From Thermoleophilia bacterium (GTDB lineage: Bacteria > Actinomycetota > Thermoleophilia > UBA2241), in NCBI GenBank assembly GCA_040776965.1, contig JAXGZO010000001.1, positions 483,498-547,497 of the forward strand: a DNA stretch of 64,000 nt, read 5' to 3'. The notes under the pieces were generated by a model, which saw only the letters and a program-made list of their open reading frames with translations, ran no database searches and had not been told where the DNA came from. Position 1 is the first letter of the stretch. The number at the start of each line of letters is the position of its first letter. Of the stretch, positions 8,886 to 17,772 are shown piece by piece. The position numbers were made by a program, and so were the translations under genes.

Positions 8886-9629
8886 GTGTCTCTGAGGGGG
8901 GGTGGTGCGGTGAGTCAGCAACGGAGCGAGCGGTCGAAGGGGGCGAGCGTCTCTGCGTCCTCGCCGCGCGAGCAACTTCAGCGTGCGGCGGACGCGCTCG
9001 ACGCCTTTTACGGGCGTCCGGTGCTCGCGCCTCGGTACGCTCCCCTCGACGAGCTCATCTTCACGGTGCTTTCGCAGAACACCGCAGACGTGAACACCGA
9101 GCGTACCTTCGCCTCGCTCAAGGAGCGGTTCACCAGCTGGGCCGTCGCGCGAGACGCCTCGGTGGACGAGATCGAGCGTGCCATCGCGCTCGGCGGGCTC
9201 TCTCACACCAAGGCGCCGCGTATTAAGCGGATCCTCGAGGAGTTGAGCGATGGCTGCGGCGAGCCGAGCCTCTCGGCGCTCGATGCTCTGGGCGACGCCG
9301 AGGCTCAGGCGTACCTTACGCGGTTGCCGGGCGTGGGGCCCAAGACGGCCGCGTGCGTGCTGCTCTTCTCTCTCGGTCGGCCCCTCATGCCCGTGGATAC
9401 CCACGTGCACCGCGTGGCGCTCCGCCTCGGGGTGATCGACGCCGGGGTGAACGCCGAGCGGGCGCACCCCGTGCTCACCGAGCTCACGCGCCACGGCGGG
9501 GCGGAGCAGGTGTTCGCAGTGCACGTGGACTTTATCCGTCACGGCCGGCGACTCTGCAAGGCTCGCCGGCCGCTCTGCTCCTCATGCCCGTTGGCCGCCG
9601 AGATCTGCCCCTCCGCTGAGCTCGCGTAG
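8886..9629 (+). CDS. Endonuclease III / HhH-GPD family DNA glycosylase with a C-terminal [4Fe-4S] loop
   Basis: 247 aa. LSQNTADVN, HhH LPGVGPKTAACVL, PVDTHV, and C-terminal CKARRPLCSSCPLAAEIC. GTG start; an alternative GTG lies at 8909. Confidence 0.8.
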   Translation: MSLRGGGAVSQQRSERSKGASVSASSPREQLQRAADALDAFYGRPVLAPRYAPLDELIFTVLSQNTADVNTERTFASLKERFTSWAVARDASVDEIERAIALGGLSHTKAPRIKRILEELSDGCGEPSLSALDALGDAEAQAYLTRLPGVGPKTAACVLLFSLGRPLMPVDTHVHRVALRLGVIDAGVNAERAHPVLTELTRHGGAEQVFAVHVDFIRHGRRLCKARRPLCSSCPLAAEICPSAELA

Positions 9630-9631
9630 GG

Positions 9632-12262
9632 TTACGCGTCGCGGCGGAGCCAGTCGGGCAGGTCGCTTGCGTGGGGGAGCTTTGGCGTGCGCGCTTTGCT
9701 CGGGTTCTCCGCCGTCCCGAGCCAGCGGTCGAGTACCTTAGAGCGCCAGATGGCGCGGCAGAGCAAGCTCCAGATGGCCGCGAGGGCGAAGAGCACGAGG
9801 TACTGCCACGGCGGCAGCGCTTGGAGCTCGAAGAGGATGCGCCCGAGCGGCACGGTAAGCACGGTCGCCATGACCACGAAGAGAAACGCCACAACACCGT
9901 AGATCCGGTTGTCGACGTGGCTCTCGGGTGTGCCACCCGCCCACCACGGGCTGGGCGGCACTACGAGCATGATCAAGAAGATCGCGGCGAAGCAGGCGAA
10001 GATGGTGAGCGCGGTCTGCGCCGGCGGGTAGGCGAACTGCATGAGCGCGTCTTGCCCCGCGGTGGGGTTAAGCGCGAGGTAGGCACGCTTCGCCGGCACG
10101 GCCCACAGCAGGTACACGCCCGTCGCCATCGCCGTCATGAGCAGGGTGGCGGGCACCACGAAACGAGCCAGGAGCTTAAAGAGCCCCACCTTGGGTGTGG
10201 GGCCGGGCTTAGCCCAGAGGGCGAAGACCAGCGCCGGCACGGTCGCCCCGAAAAACGAGAGCAGCGCCGACTGGCGCGGGGCGAAGGGAAAGCTGCCGAG
10301 CGCCGTGATGATGGCGATCATAAAGGCCTTAAAGAAGATACGCACCATGAAGATCCGCAGGATGTTGTTCATGCCGTTGATGATGCGCTGACCCTCGCGG
10401 AAGGCGAAGGGGAGGGGGGCGAAGGTGTTTTTGGTGAGGATGAGGTCGCCGACGCTGCGCGCCGCCTGGCTGCCGCCCTGCATGGCTACGGCCACGTTGG
10501 CCTGCTTGAGGGCGATCACGTCGTTAACGCCGTCGCCGACCATGGCCACGTAGTGGCCTTTTTTGCGCAGGGCGAGCACGAGGTCCTGCTTTTGCTCGGG
10601 GGTAACGCGGCCGAAGATCTGCGTTCGCTCGGCGGCGGCGCTGAAGGCCTCCTCGTCCATCGCCGCCAGCTCATCGCCGGCCACGGCGACGAGCTGGCCG
10701 GGGGCCGAAGGGCCTCCGGCCTCGGCCTCACCTGGCGCTTCGCTCTCGTCGTCTTGCGCTCGACGGTGCAGGCCGGCCTGCGTGGCGAGCGCGCTGACGG
10801 TGTGGGGGTTGTCGCCCGAGATGATCTTGACGTCGATGCCGCTTGTGGCGAAGCTCTCGAGCGTTTTGCGCACGCCCGGGCGGAGCTCGTCGCTGAAGAA
10901 GAGGAGCGCGAGCGCTTTGAGGCCGTTCGGGAGGGTGGGGGTGTCGTTGCGCTCGCCGAAGGTGAGCGGCTCGGCGCACCCGGCGAAGAGGAGCACGCGC
11001 AGGCCCCGCGCGGTGTGCTCCTCGGCGAGCGTGCGCCAGCTCGCCTCGCCGAGGAGCTGCGGCGCGATGATCTCGGGGGCGCCCAGCACGTACGTGCCCT
11101 GCGCCGCCCCCTCGTTAAACACGAGCCCGCCCCACTTGCGCTCGGAGGAGAAGAGCGCCTCTTCGGCTGTGCCCTCGGCGGCTGAGGGCAGTGCGCCTCG
11201 CAGCGCCTCGATCGTCTGGTTGGCGTCGGCGGTGCTCGCGGCGTAGGTGGCGAGCAGGGAGGTCGCCCGCTGCTCGTCCTCGTCACCGAGCGTGCGGAGC
11301 TCCTCAAAGCGGATCGCCCCGGTTGTGAGGGTGCCGGTTTTGTCGGTGCACAGTACATCTACGTTGCTCAGCGACTCCACGGCGCTCGCCTGCTGCACGA
11401 GCATGTCGCGGCCCAGCAGGCGCATGGCGCCGAGGGCGTACGTGAGGGCGATAGAGAGTACGAGCCCGTTGGGGATGAGGGCGAGGATCACCGTGGACAT
11501 GCGCACGCTCTCCACGAAGGGGATGCCGCCCACCACGTTGCGCAGCCACACGAGCGCCTCGAAGACTATGACGACGATGAGGAGGATCCGCACCACCTGC
11601 GTGACCTGGCGCTGGAGCGGTGTGAGCTCGCGTTTGTAGGCCGTGGCCTTCGCGGTGAGCTTGTTGGCGAAGCTCTCGAGCCCGACCTTCTCCGCACAGT
11701 AGTATCCGCCGCCGGCGGTGCAGAAGCTCCCCGACATGAGGAGCTCGCCGGCCCGCTTGCTCACGGCGTCCGCCTCGCCGGTGAGGAGGGACTCGTCGAG
11801 CTCGATGCGCCCCTGGCTGAGCAGGGGGCCGTCCACGACCACTTGGTCCCCCGGCTGAATAAAGAGCACGTCGCCCACTACGATCTGCGAGGGGTCTACC
11901 TCTCGTAGCTCCTCGTCGCGCACCACCATGGCCTTGGGGCGCATCAAGATCGTCATCTTATCCATGATGCGCTTGGCGCGGATCTCCTGCACGAGGCTGA
12001 TCAGCGTGTTGGCGGCGATGATAAAGACGACGGCGAAGGCGTCGAGCGGCTTGCCCAGCACCAGCAGGAGGATGCCGAGGAAGTAAAAGAGGTTGTTGAT
12101 GAAGTTAAAGACGTTGTCGCGGACGATGCGGCTGTAGCTTCGCCCGGCGCGGATCTCCGCGTTGTTGCCCTGGCCGGCGGCGCGTCGGCGGCCGGCCTCC
12201 TCCTCGGTGAGGCCGGCGAACGGCGGGTGCTGCGTGCTCGATGGTGCGGTCACAAGGGGCAC
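9632..12262 (-). CDS. Cation-translocating P-type ATPase (HAD-IC type, not P1B)
   Basis: 876 aa. Motifs DKTGTLT, TGEA, GDGVNDVIALKQANVAVAM, and about 10 hydrophobic segments. GTG start is uncertain. Confidence 0.85.
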   Translation of the reverse strand: MPLVTAPSSTQHPPFAGLTEEEAGRRRAAGQGNNAEIRAGRSYSRIVRDNVFNFINNLFYFLGILLLVLGKPLDAFAVVFIIAANTLISLVQEIRAKRIMDKMTILMRPKAMVVRDEELREVDPSQIVVGDVLFIQPGDQVVVDGPLLSQGRIELDESLLTGEADAVSKRAGELLMSGSFCTAGGGYYCAEKVGLESFANKLTAKATAYKRELTPLQRQVTQVVRILLIVVIVFEALVWLRNVVGGIPFVESVRMSTVILALIPNGLVLSIALTYALGAMRLLGRDMLVQQASAVESLSNVDVLCTDKTGTLTTGAIRFEELRTLGDEDEQRATSLLATYAASTADANQTIEALRGALPSAAEGTAEEALFSSERKWGGLVFNEGAAQGTYVLGAPEIIAPQLLGEASWRTLAEEHTARGLRVLLFAGCAEPLTFGERNDTPTLPNGLKALALLFFSDELRPGVRKTLESFATSGIDVKIISGDNPHTVSALATQAGLHRRAQDDESEAPGEAEAGGPSAPGQLVAVAGDELAAMDEEAFSAAAERTQIFGRVTPEQKQDLVLALRKKGHYVAMVGDGVNDVIALKQANVAVAMQGGSQAARSVGDLILTKNTFAPLPFAFREGQRIINGMNNILRIFMVRIFFKAFMIAIITALGSFPFAPRQSALLSFFGATVPALVFALWAKPGPTPKVGLFKLLARFVVPATLLMTAMATGVYLLWAVPAKRAYLALNPTAGQDALMQFAYPPAQTALTIFACFAAIFLIMLVVPPSPWWAGGTPESHVDNRIYGVVAFLFVVMATVLTVPLGRILFELQALPPWQYLVLFALAAIWSLLCRAIWRSKVLDRWLGTAENPSKARTPKLPHASDLPDWLRRDA

Positions 12263-12423
12263 GTTATCAGATACGCGGGCGGGCGAACACAGCCTTTTCG
12301 CGCGCGGTGCGGCTTGAGGACGGCGATGGAAGGGTTGTGGCGGACGACGACGTTGAAGGCTGCAGATACGCGGAGGAGGGAGCTTGACCGCTCAGTCGCC
12401 AAGTACCCTGTTGTCGCCGGCGC

Positions 12424-12843
12424 TCAAGAGCTCAGCATCGTGCTCATCACGGGGAGCAAGAAGAGGAGGAAGATAACGACGCCGAGCACGCTGCAGATAA
12501 CGCCGGCGATCGCCCAGTTCCTCTGCGTGAGCTTAAACGCCTCGGCGCTCTCCCAGTACTTGCCCTTCCACGCCCACTCGCGCCCCTTCACCCCGCAGAC
12601 GATCGCCCAGATGAGCGCTCCCCCGGGGATGAAGGCGAGGAGTAGCCCCCAGAGGGTGATATAGGCGCCGTTGAAGATGCCCCAAAGCCAGGTGAAGAAA
12701 AACGCGCCCCAGCTCCATCCGCGCAGCTCGGGTGGCAGTACGGTGAGGCGGCCGAGGCCGCTCTCCTGCGAAGGCGTCAGCGTAACCGGCGTTGCCGGCG
12801 CGGGTGGTGTGACGGCCGGCTGGCCCTCGAGTGGCTCCGTCAT
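12424..12843 (-). CDS. Small Trp-rich membrane protein translationally coupled to the hydrogenase small subunit
   Basis: ATG 12841-12843 overlaps the stop of the upstream gene as ATGA. 139 aa: Pro/Thr-rich N-terminus, then WSWGAFFFTWLWGIFNGAYITLWGLLLAF and a C-terminal helix. Confidence 0.6.
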   Translation of the reverse strand: MTEPLEGQPAVTPPAPATPVTLTPSQESGLGRLTVLPPELRGWSWGAFFFTWLWGIFNGAYITLWGLLLAFIPGGALIWAIVCGVKGREWAWKGKYWESAEAFKLTQRNWAIAGVICSVLGVVIFLLFLLPVMSTMLSS

Positions 12844-13331
12844 GGCTCTCTCCCTTGAGTCGGTTGCCGGCGCCCGTGGCGCAGCGCGAGCGCCTCGCGC
12901 AGGTGCTCTATGAGTACCCTCGGCTCCGGCGGACAGCCCGGCACGCGCACGTCGACCGGGATGATTCGCTCCACTGGTCCGGCCAGCTCGGCGGGGTCGC
13001 CGAGGAGGCCGCGGCCGAGCGCACACTCGCCCATCGCCACCACGAGCCGTGGCTCCGGCATGGCCTTGTAGGCGATGCGCAGCGGCTCGGCCATGCGCGT
13101 GGTCACGCACCCCGTCACCAGGAGCACGTCGGCGTGGCGCGGCGAGGCCACCACGCTGATGCCGTAGCGGCTGAGGTCGTAGAAGGGCCCGAGCATGGCG
13201 CTGATCTCGTGCTCGCAGCCGTTGCAGGAGCCGGCGTCTACGTGGCGCACCGCGAGCGAGCCGCGCTCCTCGGGGGCCTTGAGGCCCCGCTCTCGGCGGA
13301 TCCGTTGCAGCTCTTTGAGGAGAACGAACAC
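12840..13331 (-). CDS. Group-4 [NiFe]-hydrogenase small subunit (NuoB/HycG/HyfI-like)
   Basis: 163 aa. GSCNGCEHE, SPRHADVLLVTG, GECA, VPGCPP (ligands of the proximal [4Fe-4S]). Confidence 0.9.
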   Translation of the reverse strand: MFVLLKELQRIRRERGLKAPEERGSLAVRHVDAGSCNGCEHEISAMLGPFYDLSRYGISVVASPRHADVLLVTGCVTTRMAEPLRIAYKAMPEPRLVVAMGECALGRGLLGDPAELAGPVERIIPVDVRVPGCPPEPRVLIEHLREALALRHGRRQPTQGREP

Positions 13332-13339
13332 GGTGGCTC

Positions 13340-14764
13340 CTAGCGATCGGTGCAGGCGTAGCAGAGCTCGAAGCTCTTGTTGATGAGCGGGAAGTCGGGG
13401 AAGATCTGGCCGGTCGCAGCGAGGGCGAGCGCCGGCCAGTTGGTGTATGAGGAGGTGCGGAGGTGGAGGCGGGCGATGCGCCCCTCCACCGCCTCCACCA
13501 CGCAGGCGGTCTCGCCGCGCGGGCTCTCTATGAGGCCGACCCCGAGCGGTTGCTTCGGCTTGGTGTGTACGGCGCTCGCAGGCCGGTGGGCGCCGCGCAG
13601 GAGCTCGTCCAGCGAGGCGAGCGTGGGCGTGAGCTCCCGCGCTCGTTGCCGCACTCGGCTGCTCACGTCGCCGGTGGGCTCCGAGAGCATGGTGGCGGTG
13701 AAGCCGGGGTAGTGCAGGCGATCGCGGGAGAAGAGGCGCGCGTCGCGGGCGACGCCGGAGGCGCGCGCCGCAGGCCCCACCGCGCCGACCGCGAGCGCTT
13801 GCTCGCGGGTGAGGGGGCCGAAGTCCCTAAACCGGTCCTGTACCGAGGCGTTAAAGAGGATCTCGTCCCACGCCTCGGCGGCGGTGCGCCCGAGGGCGGC
13901 GAGCTCCGCTCGCGCCGCCGCCGCGTCGTCGGCTGCGATCTCGAGGGTGCTTTCTCCAACGGCGATGGAGCCGAAGAGGAACCGGTGGCCCGTGAGGAGG
14001 GAGTTGACGCGGTGGGCGCGCTCTTTGAGCGCGGCGAACGCCGCCGAGCCGGCGGCGAAGCCCACACCGGCGCACACGGCGCCTATGTCGTTGAGGTGGT
14101 TGTAGAGGCGCTCGAGCTCAAGCAGGAGCGTGCGTACGCGGGCGAGCTCGCGTGAGGGGGTGAGGCCCGTGATGCTCTCGCAGGCGTGCGCGTAGGCGAG
14201 CGAGTTGCTGATGGCGCAGGCGCCGCAGGCTCGCTGCGCGAAGGCGATGCCCTCGTGGAGCGGGGAGCCCTCGGCCGCCCGCTCGATGCCCCGGTGTTTG
14301 TAGAAGAGCCGCACGTCGATGTGGAGGATCCGCTCGCCTACGGCGTGAAAACGGAAGTGCCCCGACTCAATGACGCCCGCGTGGATGGGGCCCACGGCGA
14401 CGTGGTAGGCGTCGCCGCCGCGCACGGGGATCGTCCAGGCGGCGAGGTCGGGGGTGTGTTCGAGGAACGGCCGTAGGGGGCGGTGCCCCTCGAAGTCGAC
14501 GCCGTAGGCGTCGTGAGCCTCGCGCTCGCTCCAGGCGGCCGCCGGGGTCTGCTCCACGATCGAGGGCACCTGGCCGCTCACGATCGGGCAGGAGAGCACC
14601 TCCGTCCCGTTGCGACCGGTGAAGAGCGCCCTGACGGCGAAGCTCGCTTCGCCGGCTCGCTCGTCATCGTTTGCGTTGACGACGTAGAGCGTGGTGAAGG
14701 TGCCGTTGGCCTGCGCCTCGCGGCAGCGTTCGCGCCACGCTGTTGGCTCTATAAAGGCGATCAC
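13340..14764 (-). CDS. Group-4 [NiFe]-hydrogenase large subunit with an N-terminal NuoC-like domain (HycE/HyfG-like)
   Basis: 474 aa. NuoC-like EREAHDAYGVDFEGHRPLR. N-terminal Ni-Fe motif RACGACAIS. Protein ends exactly at the C-terminal motif ELCYACTDR with no extension. Confidence 0.9.
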   Translation of the reverse strand: MIAFIEPTAWRERCREAQANGTFTTLYVVNANDDERAGEASFAVRALFTGRNGTEVLSCPIVSGQVPSIVEQTPAAAWSEREAHDAYGVDFEGHRPLRPFLEHTPDLAAWTIPVRGGDAYHVAVGPIHAGVIESGHFRFHAVGERILHIDVRLFYKHRGIERAAEGSPLHEGIAFAQRACGACAISNSLAYAHACESITGLTPSRELARVRTLLLELERLYNHLNDIGAVCAGVGFAAGSAAFAALKERAHRVNSLLTGHRFLFGSIAVGESTLEIAADDAAAARAELAALGRTAAEAWDEILFNASVQDRFRDFGPLTREQALAVGAVGPAARASGVARDARLFSRDRLHYPGFTATMLSEPTGDVSSRVRQRARELTPTLASLDELLRGAHRPASAVHTKPKQPLGVGLIESPRGETACVVEAVEGRIARLHLRTSSYTNWPALALAATGQIFPDFPLINKSFELCYACTDR

Positions 14765-16239
14765 GGCAGCGCTCCTGCGAGAAGTGCGAGGGTATCCCAG
14801 CCGGGGAGGAGGAGGACGGACGCGGCGAGGGCGATGAGCAGTACGCCGGCCGTGACGGAGAGGGCGAGGATCGCCCGGCCACCGTCGCCGTCGCCCTCTT
14901 TACTCTGCCGCCCCGGCGCCATGAGGTCGTCGACGAGCACGCGCGAGAGCCCGAGGAAGCCGAGCGCGAGCAGTACGGCGGCCAACGCCGCCGCCACGGT
15001 ATGCCCCGCCGCGAAGCCGCCGGCCACGATCAAGACCTCGCTGAAGAAGAGGGGCGAGGGCGGCAGGCCGCTGAGTGCGCCGACGCTGAGGCTCATGGCG
15101 TTGGCGAGCTGTGGGTTGGAGCGCCGAAGCCCGTGCACGTGTCGGTACCTCGCCGAGGGCTGCACCTGTAGCAGCGGCGTGGCGACGCTGAAGCCGAGTG
15201 TTTTGGCCACGGCGTGCCCCGCGACGTGCAGCAGCACGCCGGCGATCGCCAGGGGGTGCCCGAAGCCGATGCCGAGCGCGAGGATGCCCATATTCTCGAG
15301 GCTGGAGTAGGCGAGGAGGCGCTTCCAGGCCATGCGGCGCCAGAGGAACGGCACGGCGACGGCGAGCGAGATGAGCCCGAACCCGAGGAAAAACGCGCGG
15401 CCCGTTGAGGGGGTGAGCGCGCCGTCGAGGGCGATCCAGACGCGCCAGGCGACGAGCATGACGTTGGGGAGCAACGCCGCCGAGAGCAGGGCGGAGACGG
15501 GCGGCGGCGCCTCACTGTGCGCGTCGGGGAGCCAGTTGTGCACGGGCGCCCAGCCGATCTTAGTGGCGAGGCCGACGATGATCAGCAAGAAGCCGGTGAG
15601 GGCGGTGTCGTGGGGCATGCGCGCTGCGGCTGCGGCGAGGTTCTCCCAGGAGAGCGCCGTGAGGCTATGGCCGGAGTGCGCCGCCGCGCAGATAATAACG
15701 ATGCCGTACAGCGAGATCGCCAGGCCGACGGTGGTGAGGAGTAGGTACTTCCAGCAGGCCTCGAGGGCCGTTGCGTAGCCGCTCTGGGCGACGAGGAGGG
15801 TGGAGACCCCGGTCGTGGCGGCGATAACGACCCACGCCGCCCCGAGGTTACCCAGCATCGGCAGGGCGAGGAGGGCCGCCCAGAAGATGTGGAAGCAGAC
15901 GTAGTACCACACATCCTCTGACTCGGTGTGCCAGAGCGTTTCGTGACGCGACCGCAAAAACGCCGGCGAGATGACCGCCGCGCAGAGGCCCACGATGCCC
16001 GCGACGGCGAGGAAGGGCGCGCCGATGGTGTCGGTCTGCAGCCAGCCGCCGAAGAAGGAACCGCCGTGGCCGAGGAGTGCGAGCGCGGCGAGGGCGAGCG
16101 CCGTGCAGCCCGTTGGGATCGCGGCCACGAGGTTAAACGTGGCGTGCAGCGAGGGGCGCCTGACGACGAGGATGAGCAGGGCGCCGAGGAGCGGGAGGGC
16201 GATCGTGACCACACAGAGGATGCTCTGCAGCTCAGTCAC
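14761..16239 (-). CDS. Antiporter-like membrane subunit (NuoM/N, HyfF-like)
   Basis: 492 aa polytopic protein. WAPVHNWLPDAHSEAPPPVSALLS matches the NuoM/N/Mrp signature. GTGA overlap. Confidence 0.85.
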   Translation of the reverse strand: MTELQSILCVVTIALPLLGALLILVVRRPSLHATFNLVAAIPTGCTALALAALALLGHGGSFFGGWLQTDTIGAPFLAVAGIVGLCAAVISPAFLRSRHETLWHTESEDVWYYVCFHIFWAALLALPMLGNLGAAWVVIAATTGVSTLLVAQSGYATALEACWKYLLLTTVGLAISLYGIVIICAAAHSGHSLTALSWENLAAAAARMPHDTALTGFLLIIVGLATKIGWAPVHNWLPDAHSEAPPPVSALLSAALLPNVMLVAWRVWIALDGALTPSTGRAFFLGFGLISLAVAVPFLWRRMAWKRLLAYSSLENMGILALGIGFGHPLAIAGVLLHVAGHAVAKTLGFSVATPLLQVQPSARYRHVHGLRRSNPQLANAMSLSVGALSGLPPSPLFFSEVLIVAGGFAAGHTVAAALAAVLLALGFLGLSRVLVDDLMAPGRQSKEGDGDGGRAILALSVTAGVLLIALAASVLLLPGWDTLALLAGALP

Positions 16240-16849
16240 GGAGCTTCCTCAAACTGTGCGTGTCGCCGCCGCCGAACTCCTCGAAGATGCGCTCGTGGAG
16301 CAGGGCGACGACGACGGTGACGACGATGAGGTCGATCGCCACGCCGAGCTCCACGACGAGCGGCAGCCCTCCGGGCACGCCGATGGCCGCCAGGGCCACG
16401 CCGTTCTCGGCGATGAGCAGCCCGAGCGCCTGTAGGATCGTCTCCCGACGGGTGATCACCGTGATGATGCCGGTCGTGAGGAGGGCGACGCTGGCGTGCT
16501 CCGCCGTCGGCGTCTCGAGTCCGAGCTGCGGTAGCAGCGCGATGCCCGCCAGGGAGACGGCGAGCGCCAACCCGACGTTGGGCAGCGCCTTCATCTTCTG
16601 CTCAACGGGCTTTCGCTCCCGGGTGCGGCGCACGCTGAAGCCGAGCAGGATGAGGAGGGGGATGCTGCGCGCCAGCAGCACGAGGCCGGCGATGAGAAAG
16701 GCCGTGGGTCGCCCCGGTGCCAGTAGGAGCGCCCCCACGCCGAGGAGGATCGCCTGGAGCGCGACGAGCAGGATGGCGGCGGAGCGCCCTTGTACCAGGA
16801 TAACGAGAAATCCGAGGGCGACGAGCGCCCACTGCAGGGTGTCGTTCAC
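16232..16849 (-). CDS. HyfE-like small membrane subunit (NuoK-related)
   Basis: Start set at GTG 16847-16849, overlapping the upstream stop (GTGA). About 205 aa, hydrophobic, with LIAENGVALAA near the C-terminal third. The upstream part of the ORF track is Arg-rich read-through. Confidence 0.7.
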   Translation of the reverse strand: MNDTLQWALVALGFLVILVQGRSAAILLVALQAILLGVGALLLAPGRPTAFLIAGLVLLARSIPLLILLGFSVRRTRERKPVEQKMKALPNVGLALAVSLAGIALLPQLGLETPTAEHASVALLTTGIITVITRRETILQALGLLIAENGVALAAIGVPGGLPLVVELGVAIDLIVVTVVVALLHERIFEEFGGGDTHSLRKLRD

Positions 16850-17772
16850 GGCGTCGCCCCCAGGTAGTGGCTGATGAGCCCGAGGAGGCACAGGGCGCCG
16901 CCGATGAGGAAGAGGCTCGGCACCCGCAGCACGCGCATCTTCGCCTGGAGGGTCTCGATAACGGCGAGCACGACGCAGAGGAGCGGGAGCGCGACGGCGA
17001 GCGTCAGCAGCCGCAACGCAAAGTCCGTGGGGTGCGGCACGAAGAGCTCGGTCGCGAGCACGAGCATGAGCCAGTGCCGCGCAGCAGATGCCCACTGGAA
17101 GTAGGCGAGGTCGCGGCCCGCGTACTCGAGGAGCGGGCCCTCGTGGATCATGGTGAGCTCCAGGTGGGTGTCGGGGTTATCGATGGGTTGGCGGCCGGTC
17201 TCAGCCAAGATCACGATGATAAAGCCGAGGGCCGCCAGCCAGTGCGCCGGCGTGCTCCACACGGCGAGGCCGGCGCTCGCGTCGCTGAGCGAGCGCAGAT
17301 CCGTGCTCCCGAGGCGGAGCCCGGCCACGAGGAGTACGAGAAACAGCAGGCCCTCCGCGAGTACCGAGAAGGTGAGGTCGCGGCTGGCGCCCATGAGGCC
17401 AAACCCGCCGCTCGTGTCCCACGCGGAGGCCACGAGCGCGAAGCGCGCGAGGGTGAGCAGTGCGATGAGCACGAGCACGTCGTTGCCGACCGGCCAGTTA
17501 GGGGAGAGTCCGCCGATCGGGAGGAGGAGGCAGGCCGTCGCCGTGGCGCCGGCTACGAGCGCCGGGGCGAGGCGGTATACAAAGGTGGTGCCCTCCGGCG
17601 CCACCACGCTCTTGCCCCAAAGGCGCCGGAGCTCCCGGTAGGGCTGCAGCGGTGAGGGTCCGCGCCGGCCCTGCAGCTTCGCCTTTACGTTTTGAACGAG
17701 GCCGGGGAGGAGGGGGGCGAGCAGCAGGGCGCCGCCCACCTGCACGATGCCGGCGATGGCGGTTGCGCTCAT
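16846..17772 (-). CDS. NuoH/HycD/HyfC-like membrane subunit
   Basis: Start at ATG 17770-17772 (ATGA overlap). MSATAIAGIVQVGG...KAKLQGRRGPSPLQPYRELRRLWGK is typical of NuoH/HycD. 308 aa. Confidence 0.85.
   Translation of the reverse strand: MSATAIAGIVQVGGALLLAPLLPGLVQNVKAKLQGRRGPSPLQPYRELRRLWGKSVVAPEGTTFVYRLAPALVAGATATACLLLPIGGLSPNWPVGNDVLVLIALLTLARFALVASAWDTSGGFGLMGASRDLTFSVLAEGLLFLVLLVAGLRLGSTDLRSLSDASAGLAVWSTPAHWLAALGFIIVILAETGRQPIDNPDTHLELTMIHEGPLLEYAGRDLAYFQWASAARHWLMLVLATELFVPHPTDFALRLLTLAVALPLLCVVLAVIETLQAKMRVLRVPSLFLIGGALCLLGLISHYLGATP

Noticed and set aside
9671-11185. 504-aa plus-strand ORF inside the P-type ATPase locus.
   Set aside because: It is antisense to a gene with DKTGTLT and GDGVND motifs. 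Its own translation is Arg/Gly/Glu-rich with no motif.
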